Virus record (IMG/VR): IMGVR_UViG_3300023174_000047 | Location: 128,001-192,000 of that record | Source of the DNA: a virus | Lineage: Duplodnaviria > Caudoviricetes | Strand: one strand, 5' to 3' | Length of the DNA: 64,000 bases | Part shown: positions 49,880-59,019 of the stretch, piece by piece | Layout: every line of letters starts with the position of its first letter | How positions within the stretch are numbered: position 1 is the first letter of the stretch | Position numbers and translations under genes: made by a program | The notes under the pieces: model-generated | The model's database searches: none | What the model saw: only the letters and a program-made list of their open reading frames with translations | What the model was told of the DNA's origin: nothing

Positions 49880-50510
49880 TTCTCATGTCTTCAAAGACAA
49901 GACTCTCAACACCATTGGCAGGCTTAGTTGGCTTCCACAGCAGCTTAAGACCACATTCTTCTGGTGTTCTATCGTCTTTAAATGTGTTGGTTGACTTAGA
50001 ACATGTGATTAGATTTTCCCATTCATTCTTACCGCCTCGGCTTTGCGGCAAGATATGATCTACAGAAAGCTCATGTTTCTGAAGTTTTCTGCCAGTGTAA
50101 CCGCAAGTATATTTATCACGTTTAAAGATATTTTGTTTGGTAGGAAACACTACATTCTTATACACAACACGATTGAAACGTGCACACACTGCAACACTTG
50201 GCAGGCGAACTGGTCCGCTGGTGGTATGCAAATAATCATCACATGAGCGAATGGGCAACTTGCTCCATTCTTTCCAATTTCTTATTACGGCAAATCCCTC
50301 GACTATGCCATCATCGAGGTGACCATCACTATTTTCACCATAGTAAATGTCAAGTGGATGTGCAGCACCAGAAAAAATATTGACTACAATATCATCCCAG
50401 TTACCAACGCCAATAGGAAAGAAGCTTGCATTGAGCCGCAGAATGGGACGTTTATGCTTTAAACTACTGAGCATTAGCATGTTTAGGAAAAAAAGTATTT
50501 GCATCTGCAC
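49851..50510 (-). CDS. HNH endonuclease
   Basis: IFKRDKYTCGYTG...VDHILPQSRGGKNEWENLITC. Confidence 0.9.
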   Translation of the reverse strand: MQMQILFFLNMLMLSSLKHKRPILRLNASFFPIGVGNWDDIVVNIFSGAAHPLDIYYGENSDGHLDDGIVEGFAVIRNWKEWSKLPIRSCDDYLHTTSGPVRLPSVAVCARFNRVVYKNVVFPTKQNIFKRDKYTCGYTGRKLQKHELSVDHILPQSRGGKNEWENLITCSKSTNTFKDDRTPEECGLKLLWKPTKPANGVESLVFEDMRSDWKMFLHS

Positions 50511-50973
50511 TCCACAGCATTTGCGCTTGATAAATTTCCGGAGAATTTTCTTTGTGTCTCAGAGCAATGTCCCTAAACCAGCCCATTTGATAATCGTGCT
50601 TGCGGATCTTGAGTTTTGGTCGATTTGCATCATCAAACTTAATGCTTTCCTCTTTATCTCGAGCAACAATGAGGTGATGAAGCTCATGATCAATGAGAGC
50701 AATGCGCTGCAAATCATTCATTGCATTGTATGCATCACCATCAATGGTGATTTCCGCATCAGCCATGCCCTTGATTCTGTTCTTCAATGATGTGATTTTG
50801 ATGTATGCAAGTGCGGGGTAGCCACCATGTTTAATAGGATTTTCACCCTTGTCATCAAATGCAAACATTGCATCAACAGTTACACCTGCATTATGCAATT
50901 CTTCATGGTGTTGCTCCATGGTGCTCTTGATGGTGTCAAGTACTTCAGAAGGTGGGGTATCATATGTGGTCAT
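50464..50973 (-). CDS. Putative phage metallopeptidase-domain protein
   Basis: ALIDHELHH motif...RKHDY. Confidence 0.7.
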   Translation of the reverse strand: MTTYDTPPSEVLDTIKSTMEQHHEELHNAGVTVDAMFAFDDKGENPIKHGGYPALAYIKITSLKNRIKGMADAEITIDGDAYNAMNDLQRIALIDHELHHLIVARDKEESIKFDDANRPKLKIRKHDYQMGWFRDIALRHKENSPEIYQAQMLWSADANTFFPKHANAQ

Positions 50974-51032
50974 AATAGAGTTTATACGCTAATGCACGAT
51001 GTTCAACTTTTTTAATGCATTGTATTTATGAG

Positions 51033-51908
51033 TTAAAAATCTCCCAACTGTACTTGCAGGCATTTGAGACCGATTTCACGCCATTTAGCGCAAACCGAAT
51101 TTCTATCGTCAAGTACAAACTCCACATTGAATCTATCTCTAATGAGTGTATTGTAAATTTCCTCCTTGACAATAGAATCTCGGCGATGGTCACCCTCGTT
51201 GCGCATATAGAGAGCATGATGCTTAAACCCATTTTCGTTGAGCCAGCGCTGTGTAAGCTCTTTACACACTTCTGTTCCCTCTCTACCTGAAACAAACAGA
51301 ATTGTATACCCCTTGTCATAAAAAGCATTCACAATATTTCTCACTGCAAAATCTGGCTCATCAGCCATGACTTTTTCATACTCAAACCAGTTGCGATTAG
51401 TCCTGTGAGCTGCACAGCCGTCGATGTCACAAATGATTGCATTGCCATTTTTTACATTAATAAACCGATCTTGTAGGGTTGGAAGAATGTATCGATGATG
51501 CATGTCTTTAATGACCCTCTCACCAACAGGCTTGGCTCGTAATGCATCACGCTCAATGCACGTATCGAGTGTCACATCCAAAAAGTCTTTGTATTCAACT
51601 GCAACATTAGAATAAAGCTGCGCAATATTCGTCATTGTTTCAAAATGCTTTTCTTCAAAATTAGTATCATCAACAATTACAGTCTCAACACCGTTATCGA
51701 GCCAGAGACTTACCATCTCATTACGAACCCCAATAATCATCTGCTCGCTAACCCTGGAGTAAATTCCTGCATCAATCATTTCGCGAAGCGAATCCTTATT
51801 CACTCGCTTTGCTCTGCCATTTGATTTGTTTACATATTCAATGGCCCATGTACTTTTTCCCGAACCTGGGAGCCCTCTTGTGAGTATAATTTTTTGTTGT
51901 TTGCTCAT
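51033..51908 (-). CDS. pseT: Polynucleotide 5'-kinase/3'-phosphatase (T4 PseT-like)
   Basis: GLPGSGKST P-loop; ICDIDG HAD motif; SGRE; DSIVKEE; VLDDR. Confidence 0.95.
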   Translation of the reverse strand: MSKQQKIILTRGLPGSGKSTWAIEYVNKSNGRAKRVNKDSLREMIDAGIYSRVSEQMIIGVRNEMVSLWLDNGVETVIVDDTNFEEKHFETMTNIAQLYSNVAVEYKDFLDVTLDTCIERDALRAKPVGERVIKDMHHRYILPTLQDRFINVKNGNAIICDIDGCAAHRTNRNWFEYEKVMADEPDFAVRNIVNAFYDKGYTILFVSGREGTEVCKELTQRWLNENGFKHHALYMRNEGDHRRDSIVKEEIYNTLIRDRFNVEFVLDDRNSVCAKWREIGLKCLQVQLGDF

Positions 51909-51937
51909 GCCTTACAGTATAAGCATATAGAATTTAT

Positions 51938-52702
51938 TCAACGTTTTTTTGCAATTTGTTGCAATTCAGAGAGCGGTGCTACAGTTGCTCCCTGTTTAGC
52001 ATCATATGATGCGCCTTCGAGCCAATCATTGTTGAAGAAGAACATTCCCTTTTTGTTGGTGAGAAGCTTAATTGCTGCAGCTTCTGTATAGCCGCAATTT
52101 TTAACTACATAGTCAATGACAGGAAGTTTTTCAAAGTTGTTTGCTTCAATTGGTTTAATTGTAGCAGGTACATCAAAAGCAGTATCAATGAGGTTGAGCA
52201 ACCACTTCTTTGTAATCTTGGTACCAGGGCATGTTTTGCTTGTTTTGGGATCCTCTCTGTGAAATCTTATGGTTGTTTCATTGATTGGAAGCTTTAGCCA
52301 CTCCATGATCACTTTAATTGTTTCTGCAGTCATTGACCAGCATGCTGCACCGCGACCCGAGAATGGATCTTCATAGTCATAATCACCCAACACTTCAACG
52401 CCAATGGAGTTAGAATTAAATGCAATTGCGTGCACCCCCTTTATTGTAGGTGGTGTCATGCCCCATATTTGATCATCATCTGTGTAAAAGTGCGGCCCTG
52501 CAGACCACCCCCTGTCATGCACATAACCATATTTCATGTTTTCAATGTGCTGTGCCGTATATCCCTGAGGTCTTTGCTTTAAAGATGGTGCTGCTGTATG
52601 ATGAATGCATATGCCTGTACACCATTTAGGTGGTGAAATTTTGCTAAGATACTCTTTAAGACCACTAGCAGTCCATACCTTGCCGACATTTGCAAAACTC
52701 AT
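51938..52702 (-). CDS. N-acetylmuramoyl-L-alanine amidase (endolysin)
   Basis: ICIHHTA, GPHF, HAIAFNSNSIGVE, FHRE...KTCPG. Confidence 0.9.
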   Translation of the reverse strand: MSFANVGKVWTASGLKEYLSKISPPKWCTGICIHHTAAPSLKQRPQGYTAQHIENMKYGYVHDRGWSAGPHFYTDDDQIWGMTPPTIKGVHAIAFNSNSIGVEVLGDYDYEDPFSGRGAACWSMTAETIKVIMEWLKLPINETTIRFHREDPKTSKTCPGTKITKKWLLNLIDTAFDVPATIKPIEANNFEKLPVIDYVVKNCGYTEAAAIKLLTNKKGMFFFNNDWLEGASYDAKQGATVAPLSELQQIAKKR

Positions 52703-52710
52703 GATGATGT

Positions 52711-52968
52711 TTAAACGCGCTTAGATTTTTTTCTACCTGCAGCAGGGATAGCTTTAATTTTTGCAACTGCTTTTTTAACTTTTTGATTATGCACAAACAC
52801 ATCTACATCTTTGGATTCATCTGCAGAGTTATCAACGATGGCTTGCTCGTGTGTATCCTTAGATAATGCTTTGGTTACAACACTATCAGTGATTTTGTGG
52901 CTAAGCTTATGCACTACAGCAGCAGTGATTATAAAACAAACTACTAAAAGTATAATGGCGGATGTCAT
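52711..52968 (-). CDS. Small membrane-anchored protein
   Basis: N-terminal hydrophobic segment, basic tail; within lysis cluster. Confidence 0.55.
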   Translation of the reverse strand: MTSAIILLVVCFIITAAVVHKLSHKITDSVVTKALSKDTHEQAIVDNSADESKDVDVFVHNQKVKKAVAKIKAIPAAGRKKSKRV

Positions 52969-52972
52969 ATTA

Positions 52973-53257
52973 TTATTTATAGTAAAGCTGTCGTTCTAAC
53001 TCCCTAAATCGTCGATCAGAGTGCCAAATTTCTTCTCCACATGGTGTATTTTGTGTATTATATACACCATCGCATGTTTTAATTTGCTGATAAGGTAGGA
53101 GTCGTAGCATAGGCGGCTGATATATGCTTATAGAACCGCTTTTCTTCGAGCAATTGCATTCGCATGAAGTCAGCATCATCAGCATCATAAGGACTGCGAC
53201 TGTTGCGCAATTTCTCAATCTGCAAAATATAATCTTTTTGTTTGTCGCGTGATTCAT
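52973..53257 (-). CDS. Putative o-spanin-like lipoprotein
   Basis: LMMLTS|C lipobox-like motif; overlaps upstream gene. Confidence 0.5.
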   Translation of the reverse strand: MNHATNKKIIFCRLRNCATVAVLMMLMMLTSCECNCSKKSGSISIYQPPMLRLLPYQQIKTCDGVYNTQNTPCGEEIWHSDRRFRELERQLYYK

Positions 53258-53348
53258 TTAATACCTTATAATAAAAGCTCCTATTTTTTAGCTCAAAATA
53301 TAGAGCTATAGCACGCAGCAAATTTGCAATTGCCGCAGTCCAGCTCAT
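53079..53348 (-). CDS. Putative i-spanin-like protein
   Basis: N-terminal amphipathic segment then coiled-coil; overlap with lipoprotein gene. Confidence 0.4.
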   Translation of the reverse strand: MSWTAAIANLLRAIALYFELKNRSFYYKVLNESRDKQKDYILQIEKLRNSRSPYDADDADFMRMQLLEEKRFYKHISAAYATTPTLSAN

Positions 53349-53599
53349 TGAGCTGCAATCTTAGAAGCAAGCTTAGAGAGCACAAGCTCTAACCCACCAG
53401 CTATACCTGCAATTGCTCCGGCTACGATGGTAGTAGCATGCTCTGCACCATACCCTTGCGCAACGAGCCATGTTGTAGCTGCAGCTGCACTGACTGTTGT
53501 ATATTTGAGTACCTGACGGACTATCCAACCTCTATTAGTTGAAATTACGGAAAAGATTATTGATTTCATATAAAAGTATTTAATCTCCTTTTGTGGCAT
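53345..53599 (-). CDS. Putative holin
   Basis: 84 aa with two hydrophobic segments, upstream of the amidase. Confidence 0.5.
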   Translation of the reverse strand: MPQKEIKYFYMKSIIFSVISTNRGWIVRQVLKYTTVSAAAATTWLVAQGYGAEHATTIVAGAIAGIAGGLELVLSKLASKIAAQ

Positions 53600-53840
53600 T
53601 ATTCCATTTTATTACCCAAAAATCAAATCCTCTCTCATTATTATCATAATAAACTTCATAACCGTGCGTTTCTAGCTCACGCATTATATCCAATGTAATA
53701 TTAGCATCACATGTAATGGCAGTAAGGCCCTTCAAACATGCTTCATATATTTTGTTAAAGATAAATTGAAGGGTATTTTCGAATGCATCTTCTGCAAGTA
53801 GCTTTGCTTCATATGCAGATATGTTAAGCGCTGTTGTCAT
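53580..53840 (-). CDS. Hypothetical protein
   Basis: 86-aa ORF. Confidence 0.65.
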   Translation of the reverse strand: MTTALNISAYEAKLLAEDAFENTLQFIFNKIYEACLKGLTAITCDANITLDIMRELETHGYEVYYDNNERGFDFWVIKWNNATKGD

Positions 53841-53903
53841 ATATGTTAATTTATGACAACAGCGCTATTTGCAATGTAAGGAGTGTTAATAATGATCAAA
53901 TAC

Positions 53904-54341
53904 TTAATCCAATATACTTGATGATGTCACTCGCTGCATTACATCACTAATATCATCTTCAGATGGGTTGTTATTACCTTTTAATTCGAGCAATGCTTTG
54001 GTCCATTCATATACATTTTCATACTTTTTATTATGTAAAAACCATGATTTATGTCCGTCTGCCCGTACAATGGCAGGTCCATCTTCTCTATGCCGCATGT
54101 CATTTAAATACCATGATTTACTTCCATCTGCCCATTCATCAGCAGGTCCATCTTCTCTATGCCGCATGTCATTTAAAAACCATGATTTACTTCCATCTGC
54201 CCATTCAATAGCAGGACCATCTTCTCTATGCCGTTTGCCATTGAGCATCCATATTTTATTGCCATATCTATCAACAGTCATAGTTGGCCGCTGCATTGCA
54301 TTTTCATATAACATTACAATGTTTTTACAGTCTTTGTTCAT
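53904..54341 (-). CDS. HREDGPA-repeat protein, paralog C (3 repeats)
   Basis: 23-aa MORN-like repeats; C-terminus VTSSSILD. Confidence 0.88.
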   Translation of the reverse strand: MNKDCKNIVMLYENAMQRPTMTVDRYGNKIWMLNGKRHREDGPAIEWADGSKSWFLNDMRHREDGPADEWADGSKSWYLNDMRHREDGPAIVRADGHKSWFLHNKKYENVYEWTKALLELKGNNNPSEDDISDVMQRVTSSSILD

Positions 54342-54351
54342 ATGCGTATAT

Positions 54352-54897
54352 TTAATCCAATATACTTGATGAAGTCACTTGCTGCACTACATCATTGATT
54401 TGATCTTCAGAAGGTTTTTTGATGCCTTTTAATTTTAAAAGTGCTTTAGCCCATGCAAATACATCTTCATATCGGCTGCTGTTCAAATACCAACCTTTGT
54501 ATCCATCTGCACGTTCAACAGCGGGCCCATCTTCTCTATGCACCTTGCCATGCAAATACCACGCTTTATCTCCATCTGCTTGCTCAACAGCAGGACCATC
54601 CTCTCTATGCGCCTTGTCATTCAAATACCAATATTTATCTCCATTTGCACATTCAATGGCAGGACCATCTTCTCTATGCAACCTACCGTGTAAAAACCAT
54701 TCTTTACGTCCATCTGTAAACTCAACAGCAGGACCATCTTCTCTATGAAACTCTCCATGCAAATACCATGCTCTATTTCCATTTGTATATTCATGAGCAG
54801 GTCCATCTGTTCTATGCAATTTGTTTTTGATCATCCATTTTGTATTACCATGCTTATCAACAGTCATAGTTGGCTGCTGCATTATATTTTCATTCAT
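54352..54897 (-). CDS. HREDGPA-repeat protein, paralog B (5 repeats)
   Basis: Same family; start 54897 follows TTGAAC-17nt-TATATT. Confidence 0.85.
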   Translation of the reverse strand: MNENIMQQPTMTVDKHGNTKWMIKNKLHRTDGPAHEYTNGNRAWYLHGEFHREDGPAVEFTDGRKEWFLHGRLHREDGPAIECANGDKYWYLNDKAHREDGPAVEQADGDKAWYLHGKVHREDGPAVERADGYKGWYLNSSRYEDVFAWAKALLKLKGIKKPSEDQINDVVQQVTSSSILD

Positions 54898-54904
54898 TGC
54901 TTTC

Positions 54905-54933
54905 AATATAAAGTATATGTTGTAGATGTTCAA
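54905..54933 (-). promoter_or_regulatory. Sigma70-like promoter for paralog B
   Basis: TTGAAC (54933-54928), 17-nt spacer, TATATT (54910-54905). Confidence 0.6.
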
Positions 54934-54938
54934 GCACT

Positions 54939-55307
54939 TTAATCCAATATACTTGAAGATGTTACTTGCTGCACTTTATCATTGATCTCATCTTCAGAAG
55001 GATCATTAATGCCTTTTAATTTAAGTAAGGCTTCAGCCCATGCAACTACATCTTCATATCGGCTGTTGTTCAAATACCAACTTTTGTATCCATCTGCATG
55101 CTCAACGGCAGGACCATCTTCTCTATGCCGCATGTCATGCAACCACCACGCTTTACTTCCATCTGCATATTCTACAGCAGGTCCATCTTCCCGGTGCCAT
55201 TTGCCATTGAGTCTCCATATTTTAGTGCCATCTTTATCAACAGTCATAGTTGGCTGCTGCATTGCATTTTCATACAGCATCGCAATGTTTTTGTTGTCTC
55301 TGTTCAT
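54939..55307 (-). CDS. HREDGPA-repeat protein, paralog A (2 repeats)
   Basis: Same family; TAAATA at 55315-55320. Confidence 0.88.
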   Translation of the reverse strand: MNRDNKNIAMLYENAMQQPTMTVDKDGTKIWRLNGKWHREDGPAVEYADGSKAWWLHDMRHREDGPAVEHADGYKSWYLNNSRYEDVVAWAEALLKLKGINDPSEDEINDKVQQVTSSSILD

Positions 55308-55356
55308 ATGCGTATATTTAACCTAATATGCTTGATTAAATCGCATGATATACTCA

Positions 55357-56094
55357 TTATTGTTGCATTTCGGTGGGAATTTGAATAGGCATTGGAGCTC
55401 CTGAGGCCTTCCATGCAGATATACGAGTCTCATCAGCATCAGAAATTACATAGTCTTTATCGTTGATATTGATTGCTACGATGCTTGCAAGGCTTATATT
55501 TCGAATATGTACGCCAGTCTGTAACCCTTGATACACCCCCGGGTTAATACGGTTGATGTACTGCTCATAATCAGCCTTGTCTACTACTTCAAAATTGTCA
55601 TTACCATTATTTTTAAGCAATACAGGCTTAAAGGAGGCTGCAACAGCAATGGGCTTATATCGGAGATACAACTGACCATCCAACTCGACGAAAGCATCTG
55701 TATCTGGAATGGACTTATACTTGCTGTCTTTTGCAACAAAATTAGCTTCTGCACCTTCTCGCTCGCGTTGTTTGTTGACCTCTACAGAATATGAATGACC
55801 ATACATGCCATTGAGTTGCGATACCTTGATTAGATATGTTTTACTAACTTTAAGCCCTGTCAAAACAAAAGGCGCGATGTTAGGAATTTTATTAGTATTT
55901 TCTCTGGTCACTTGAGTGACACTAAAGAAATTAGTACCAGGGTGGCTGGTTTTGAGCTGTTTAGTAAGATCAACCAAGCCCTGCTGTGTAATGCTGTGCT
56001 GCGACTGCGGTGTTTGTGCGATGCCAAATGCCATTTCAGTATATAGGTTGTAAATGTTTGTGCTGTCAGTATTATTCAGCAATGATGTATTCAT
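55357..56094 (-). CDS. Hypothetical protein
   Basis: 245-aa ORF. Confidence 0.75.
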   Translation of the reverse strand: MNTSLLNNTDSTNIYNLYTEMAFGIAQTPQSQHSITQQGLVDLTKQLKTSHPGTNFFSVTQVTRENTNKIPNIAPFVLTGLKVSKTYLIKVSQLNGMYGHSYSVEVNKQREREGAEANFVAKDSKYKSIPDTDAFVELDGQLYLRYKPIAVAASFKPVLLKNNGNDNFEVVDKADYEQYINRINPGVYQGLQTGVHIRNISLASIVAININDKDYVISDADETRISAWKASGAPMPIQIPTEMQQ

Positions 56095-56192
56095 ATGCTT
56101 TACTTATTATATGTCACTTAAAGATACAGGCAACTATAATTCTTAAATAAAAAATAGTTGCACAAAACCTGAAACACATATAAGATGCACAC

Positions 56193-57137
56193 ATGAACCT
56201 ACTCGCTGAATTCACTGCTCTTGCAACTGTATCGGATATTAATATTCCTGCTGAATATTTTAATCGAATTAAAACTAATCGCGTTAATGTTGATAATATT
56301 TTTGGTGATGGCATCCTCCCTGGCAGCATATTCACAGTTGCTGCTCCTGGTGGCACTGGCAAATCAGTGTTTTTGCTTCAAATCTGTCAGAATCTCGCTC
56401 AAAATTACCGCGTCGGTTACATGAGTGGTGAAGAAAACATTTATATGATTGCCATTGCTGCCCGACGCTTGCAATGCAATGATGTCCGTGTTGCGTCTGA
56501 GAGTCGGTTGTCAAAGATTCTTGAATGCATTGAAAATCATGATGTGTTGATTTTGGATAGCTTTCCGTGCATTGTGTATGATTTGCCAGATGCAGATGAA
56601 TACAGCAAAGTTAAACAAAGTACACGTAATCTCGAGCTCATTATTAAAGCAGCTAAAAAGCACAAGTGTGCCATTGGATTGGTACTACACATGACCAAGG
56701 ACGGCAATTTTAAAGGCAGTACTGATCTCAATCATGCTGTTGAATGCAACATCTTCATTACCAAAGATGAAGAAGATGAAAGCATCCGAGTAATTGAAAC
56801 ACGTAAAAATCGTCTGGGTGCATGCGGTACATGGCGCTTTTCATTTGATATGCACGGCTACAACTTTGATGCATTGCGTACAGAAGAGCAAGATGCATCA
56901 CAAGAATTGCAGCAAACAGCTCGCGGCAAAAATCGCAACAATCAAATCCAAATGATTATGGAAATGCGCGAGCCACCGCATATTACTGTGGAGCGTGTGT
57001 GTAATGAGCTTGACTGTGATGCCCAGCGTGCTAAGTATTTGTTGTGGTTGCTGGTTAGCGAAAATAAACTGGTTAAATTTGGTCGGGGGGCAGACTGTGT
57101 GTGGAAGCACAACATTCACGTCGAGCAATGTGTTTAA
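56193..57137 (+). CDS. RadA/Sms-like RecA-fold ATPase with probable C-terminal HTH
   Basis: APGGTGKS Walker A, YMSGEE, LILDS, LHMTKDG, KNRLG. Confidence 0.85.
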   Translation: MNLLAEFTALATVSDINIPAEYFNRIKTNRVNVDNIFGDGILPGSIFTVAAPGGTGKSVFLLQICQNLAQNYRVGYMSGEENIYMIAIAARRLQCNDVRVASESRLSKILECIENHDVLILDSFPCIVYDLPDADEYSKVKQSTRNLELIIKAAKKHKCAIGLVLHMTKDGNFKGSTDLNHAVECNIFITKDEEDESIRVIETRKNRLGACGTWRFSFDMHGYNFDALRTEEQDASQELQQTARGKNRNNQIQMIMEMREPPHITVERVCNELDCDAQRAKYLLWLLVSENKLVKFGRGADCVWKHNIHVEQCV

Positions 57138-57177
57138 TGTTGCAAATAATAGCAGCGCAGATATAAATTATGTCAAT

Positions 57178-57423
57178 ATGACGTTTGATAAATATTTTGC
57201 CATCAAGCTCAAGGACGATACGCTTGTATATGTTTCCTTAAGCATCCAAGGCATCAACATGCAGAGTGTGGATGATAGTGACTTTACATATGAATTTGAT
57301 GACGCAGGATTATCTGAGCAGCAAATCTGTGAAGCAGAAGAATATATTAATGCCAACATTAACTATTGGGTTGAATTAATCATTGCAGGAGAGGATATTG
57401 AAGATTATGAATGCATTCGTTAA
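57178..57423 (+). CDS. Acidic hypothetical protein
   Basis: Start moved to ATG 57178 (MTFDKYF), after a TTGCAA promoter-like box. Confidence 0.65.
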   Translation: MTFDKYFAIKLKDDTLVYVSLSIQGINMQSVDDSDFTYEFDDAGLSEQQICEAEEYINANINYWVELIIAGEDIEDYECIR

Positions 57424-57630
57424 TTGCCTAATGTATATAATGTGCTTGTTTGCATATTTTATAATAACCTGCCTATACAACATCATTGACGTGCTGGCAT
57501 ATTTTCTGTGGTGTGCCATTCAGCTTGTGAATACGTGCTGCGAGAAGCTTGATAGTATATTGAGTAGATATTCAGATTAACTAAATGCATTTTTAAGTTG
57601 ATTTTATAATATTCACAAGCATCATTAAAG

Positions 57631-58182
57631 ATGAAAAAAATTCTATTTATACACATTAAAGATCCCACTACTGATTTTCTTGAAACAGTATATGAAGATC
57701 GTAGAGATTGCACCATTGTACGTGGCAACCTATCCGTTACATTAATGAACGACCTCATTGATTATCATGATCAAGTAGTTATGATGGGACACGGCTCATC
57801 TAATGGCCTGTTTGGCGTAAATGGTCAATACATCATTAATTACAGTAATGCTGAAGCTCTCCGTAGTAAAAATAACAATATTTTTATTTGGTGCTATGCC
57901 AAAGCTTTTGCTAAACAATTTAATCTGCCAGGCTTTTGCACCAATATGTTCATTTCTGAAGATGCAGAGGCTCGATATATTCTTGGTAAAGACAAATATG
58001 TTGAAGCGCCTGAGAGCATTCTGGAGTCAAATAATTTGTTTGTTACACTTGTGAAGCGATATCTCGATAGTCCAATTGCAGTTATGAGTGAGAGTATTAT
58101 TAGAGAATACTGCGCTGAAAATCTTGCATCTGAATATAAAGAGGTTATCAATTACAACAATCATGGTCTAACACTTTTTTAA
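57631..58182 (+). CDS. Hypothetical protein (VMMGHG motif)
   Basis: 183-aa ORF; TTGATT upstream. Confidence 0.75.
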   Translation: MKKILFIHIKDPTTDFLETVYEDRRDCTIVRGNLSVTLMNDLIDYHDQVVMMGHGSSNGLFGVNGQYIINYSNAEALRSKNNNIFIWCYAKAFAKQFNLPGFCTNMFISEDAEARYILGKDKYVEAPESILESNNLFVTLVKRYLDSPIAVMSESIIREYCAENLASEYKEVINYNNHGLTLF

Positions 58183-58186
58183 TAAC

Positions 58187-58360
58187 ATGGCAGGCAAAGG
58201 AGACAAATTAAGAAAAGGCGCTAATATGCAAGCATTTTGGAATAATTATGATAATATTTTTCATAAAAAAAATATTAAGTTATTACCAGCAGATCATAAA
58301 ACAGAACACATCAAATATGAAAAACAACCCACATCACAACCTGCAACAAAAACCAAATAA
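58187..58360 (+). CDS. Small conserved phage protein (57 aa), absent from the ORF track
   Basis: Manual translation MAGKGDKLRKGANMQAFWNNYDNIF...; resembles the GKG...NYDxIF peptides of T4-like phages. Confidence 0.6.
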   Translation: MAGKGDKLRKGANMQAFWNNYDNIFHKKNIKLLPADHKTEHIKYEKQPTSQPATKTK

Positions 58361-58499
58361 ACTTTTTCTCTTGTTGTTTATTTGTATTTTTTCTCTATCC
58401 CTAGCCATATACATTGGATACAATTCAATCCTGCCAGTTCATATGGATCCAATCGAATTTGATAACATCTACACCAACGACATTGCACGTATATCTTAA
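58317..58499 (+). CDS. Small membrane protein
   Basis: One hydrophobic segment; start probably 58317. Confidence 0.5.
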   Translation: MKNNPHHNLQQKPNKLFLLLFICIFSLSLAIYIGYNSILPVHMDPIEFDNIYTNDIARIS

Positions 58500-58548
58500 C
58501 ATGCACATCAGTTATTTGCTAAAATAAATTTATTAAAATTTAAATTTC

Positions 58549-58893
58549 ATGAACGATCATAATACATCAGATGTTCCCACACCACCTAAAACTACTAGAG
58601 TAATGCACGGCATCCATGCAGACGCTCACTTGTGGATAGGGATTATAGTAGGTGTTTTAATATGTGTAGGTGTATACTTAAACACCGAAATTAATCGCAG
58701 TGCTCAACAGTCACCACCATATAACATTGATACCATTGTCGAATATGTATCAAAAGATATGACAGATAGCCCTTTGCGTAATAATCTGCTCATTGTATTT
58801 GGTACAGAATACAATGGCGATTCACAAGAGCTCAATAAATTGCTGAGCAAGTATGCAGAAATAAAGCTGAGCCAGATTAACCCTAGCATTTAA
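58549..58893 (+). CDS. Membrane-anchored hypothetical protein
   Basis: LWIGIIVGVLICVGVYL segment. Confidence 0.65.
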   Translation: MNDHNTSDVPTPPKTTRVMHGIHADAHLWIGIIVGVLICVGVYLNTEINRSAQQSPPYNIDTIVEYVSKDMTDSPLRNNLLIVFGTEYNGDSQELNKLLSKYAEIKLSQINPSI

Positions 58894-59019
58894 TAATACA
58901 TCTATGTCTCATACTGACTGCCCCGAATGCGCGGCCAGATCCTCCGCGCAATGGGTAAAAGCATACAGCACAGCAAACCTCGGAGTCGAGCGAGCATTGC
59001 CAGAACACGGATTAAACAT

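Noticed and set aside
53904-55307. Diversity-generating retroelement
   Set aside because: No reverse transcriptase in the window; differences are not confined to adenines; all copies are coding
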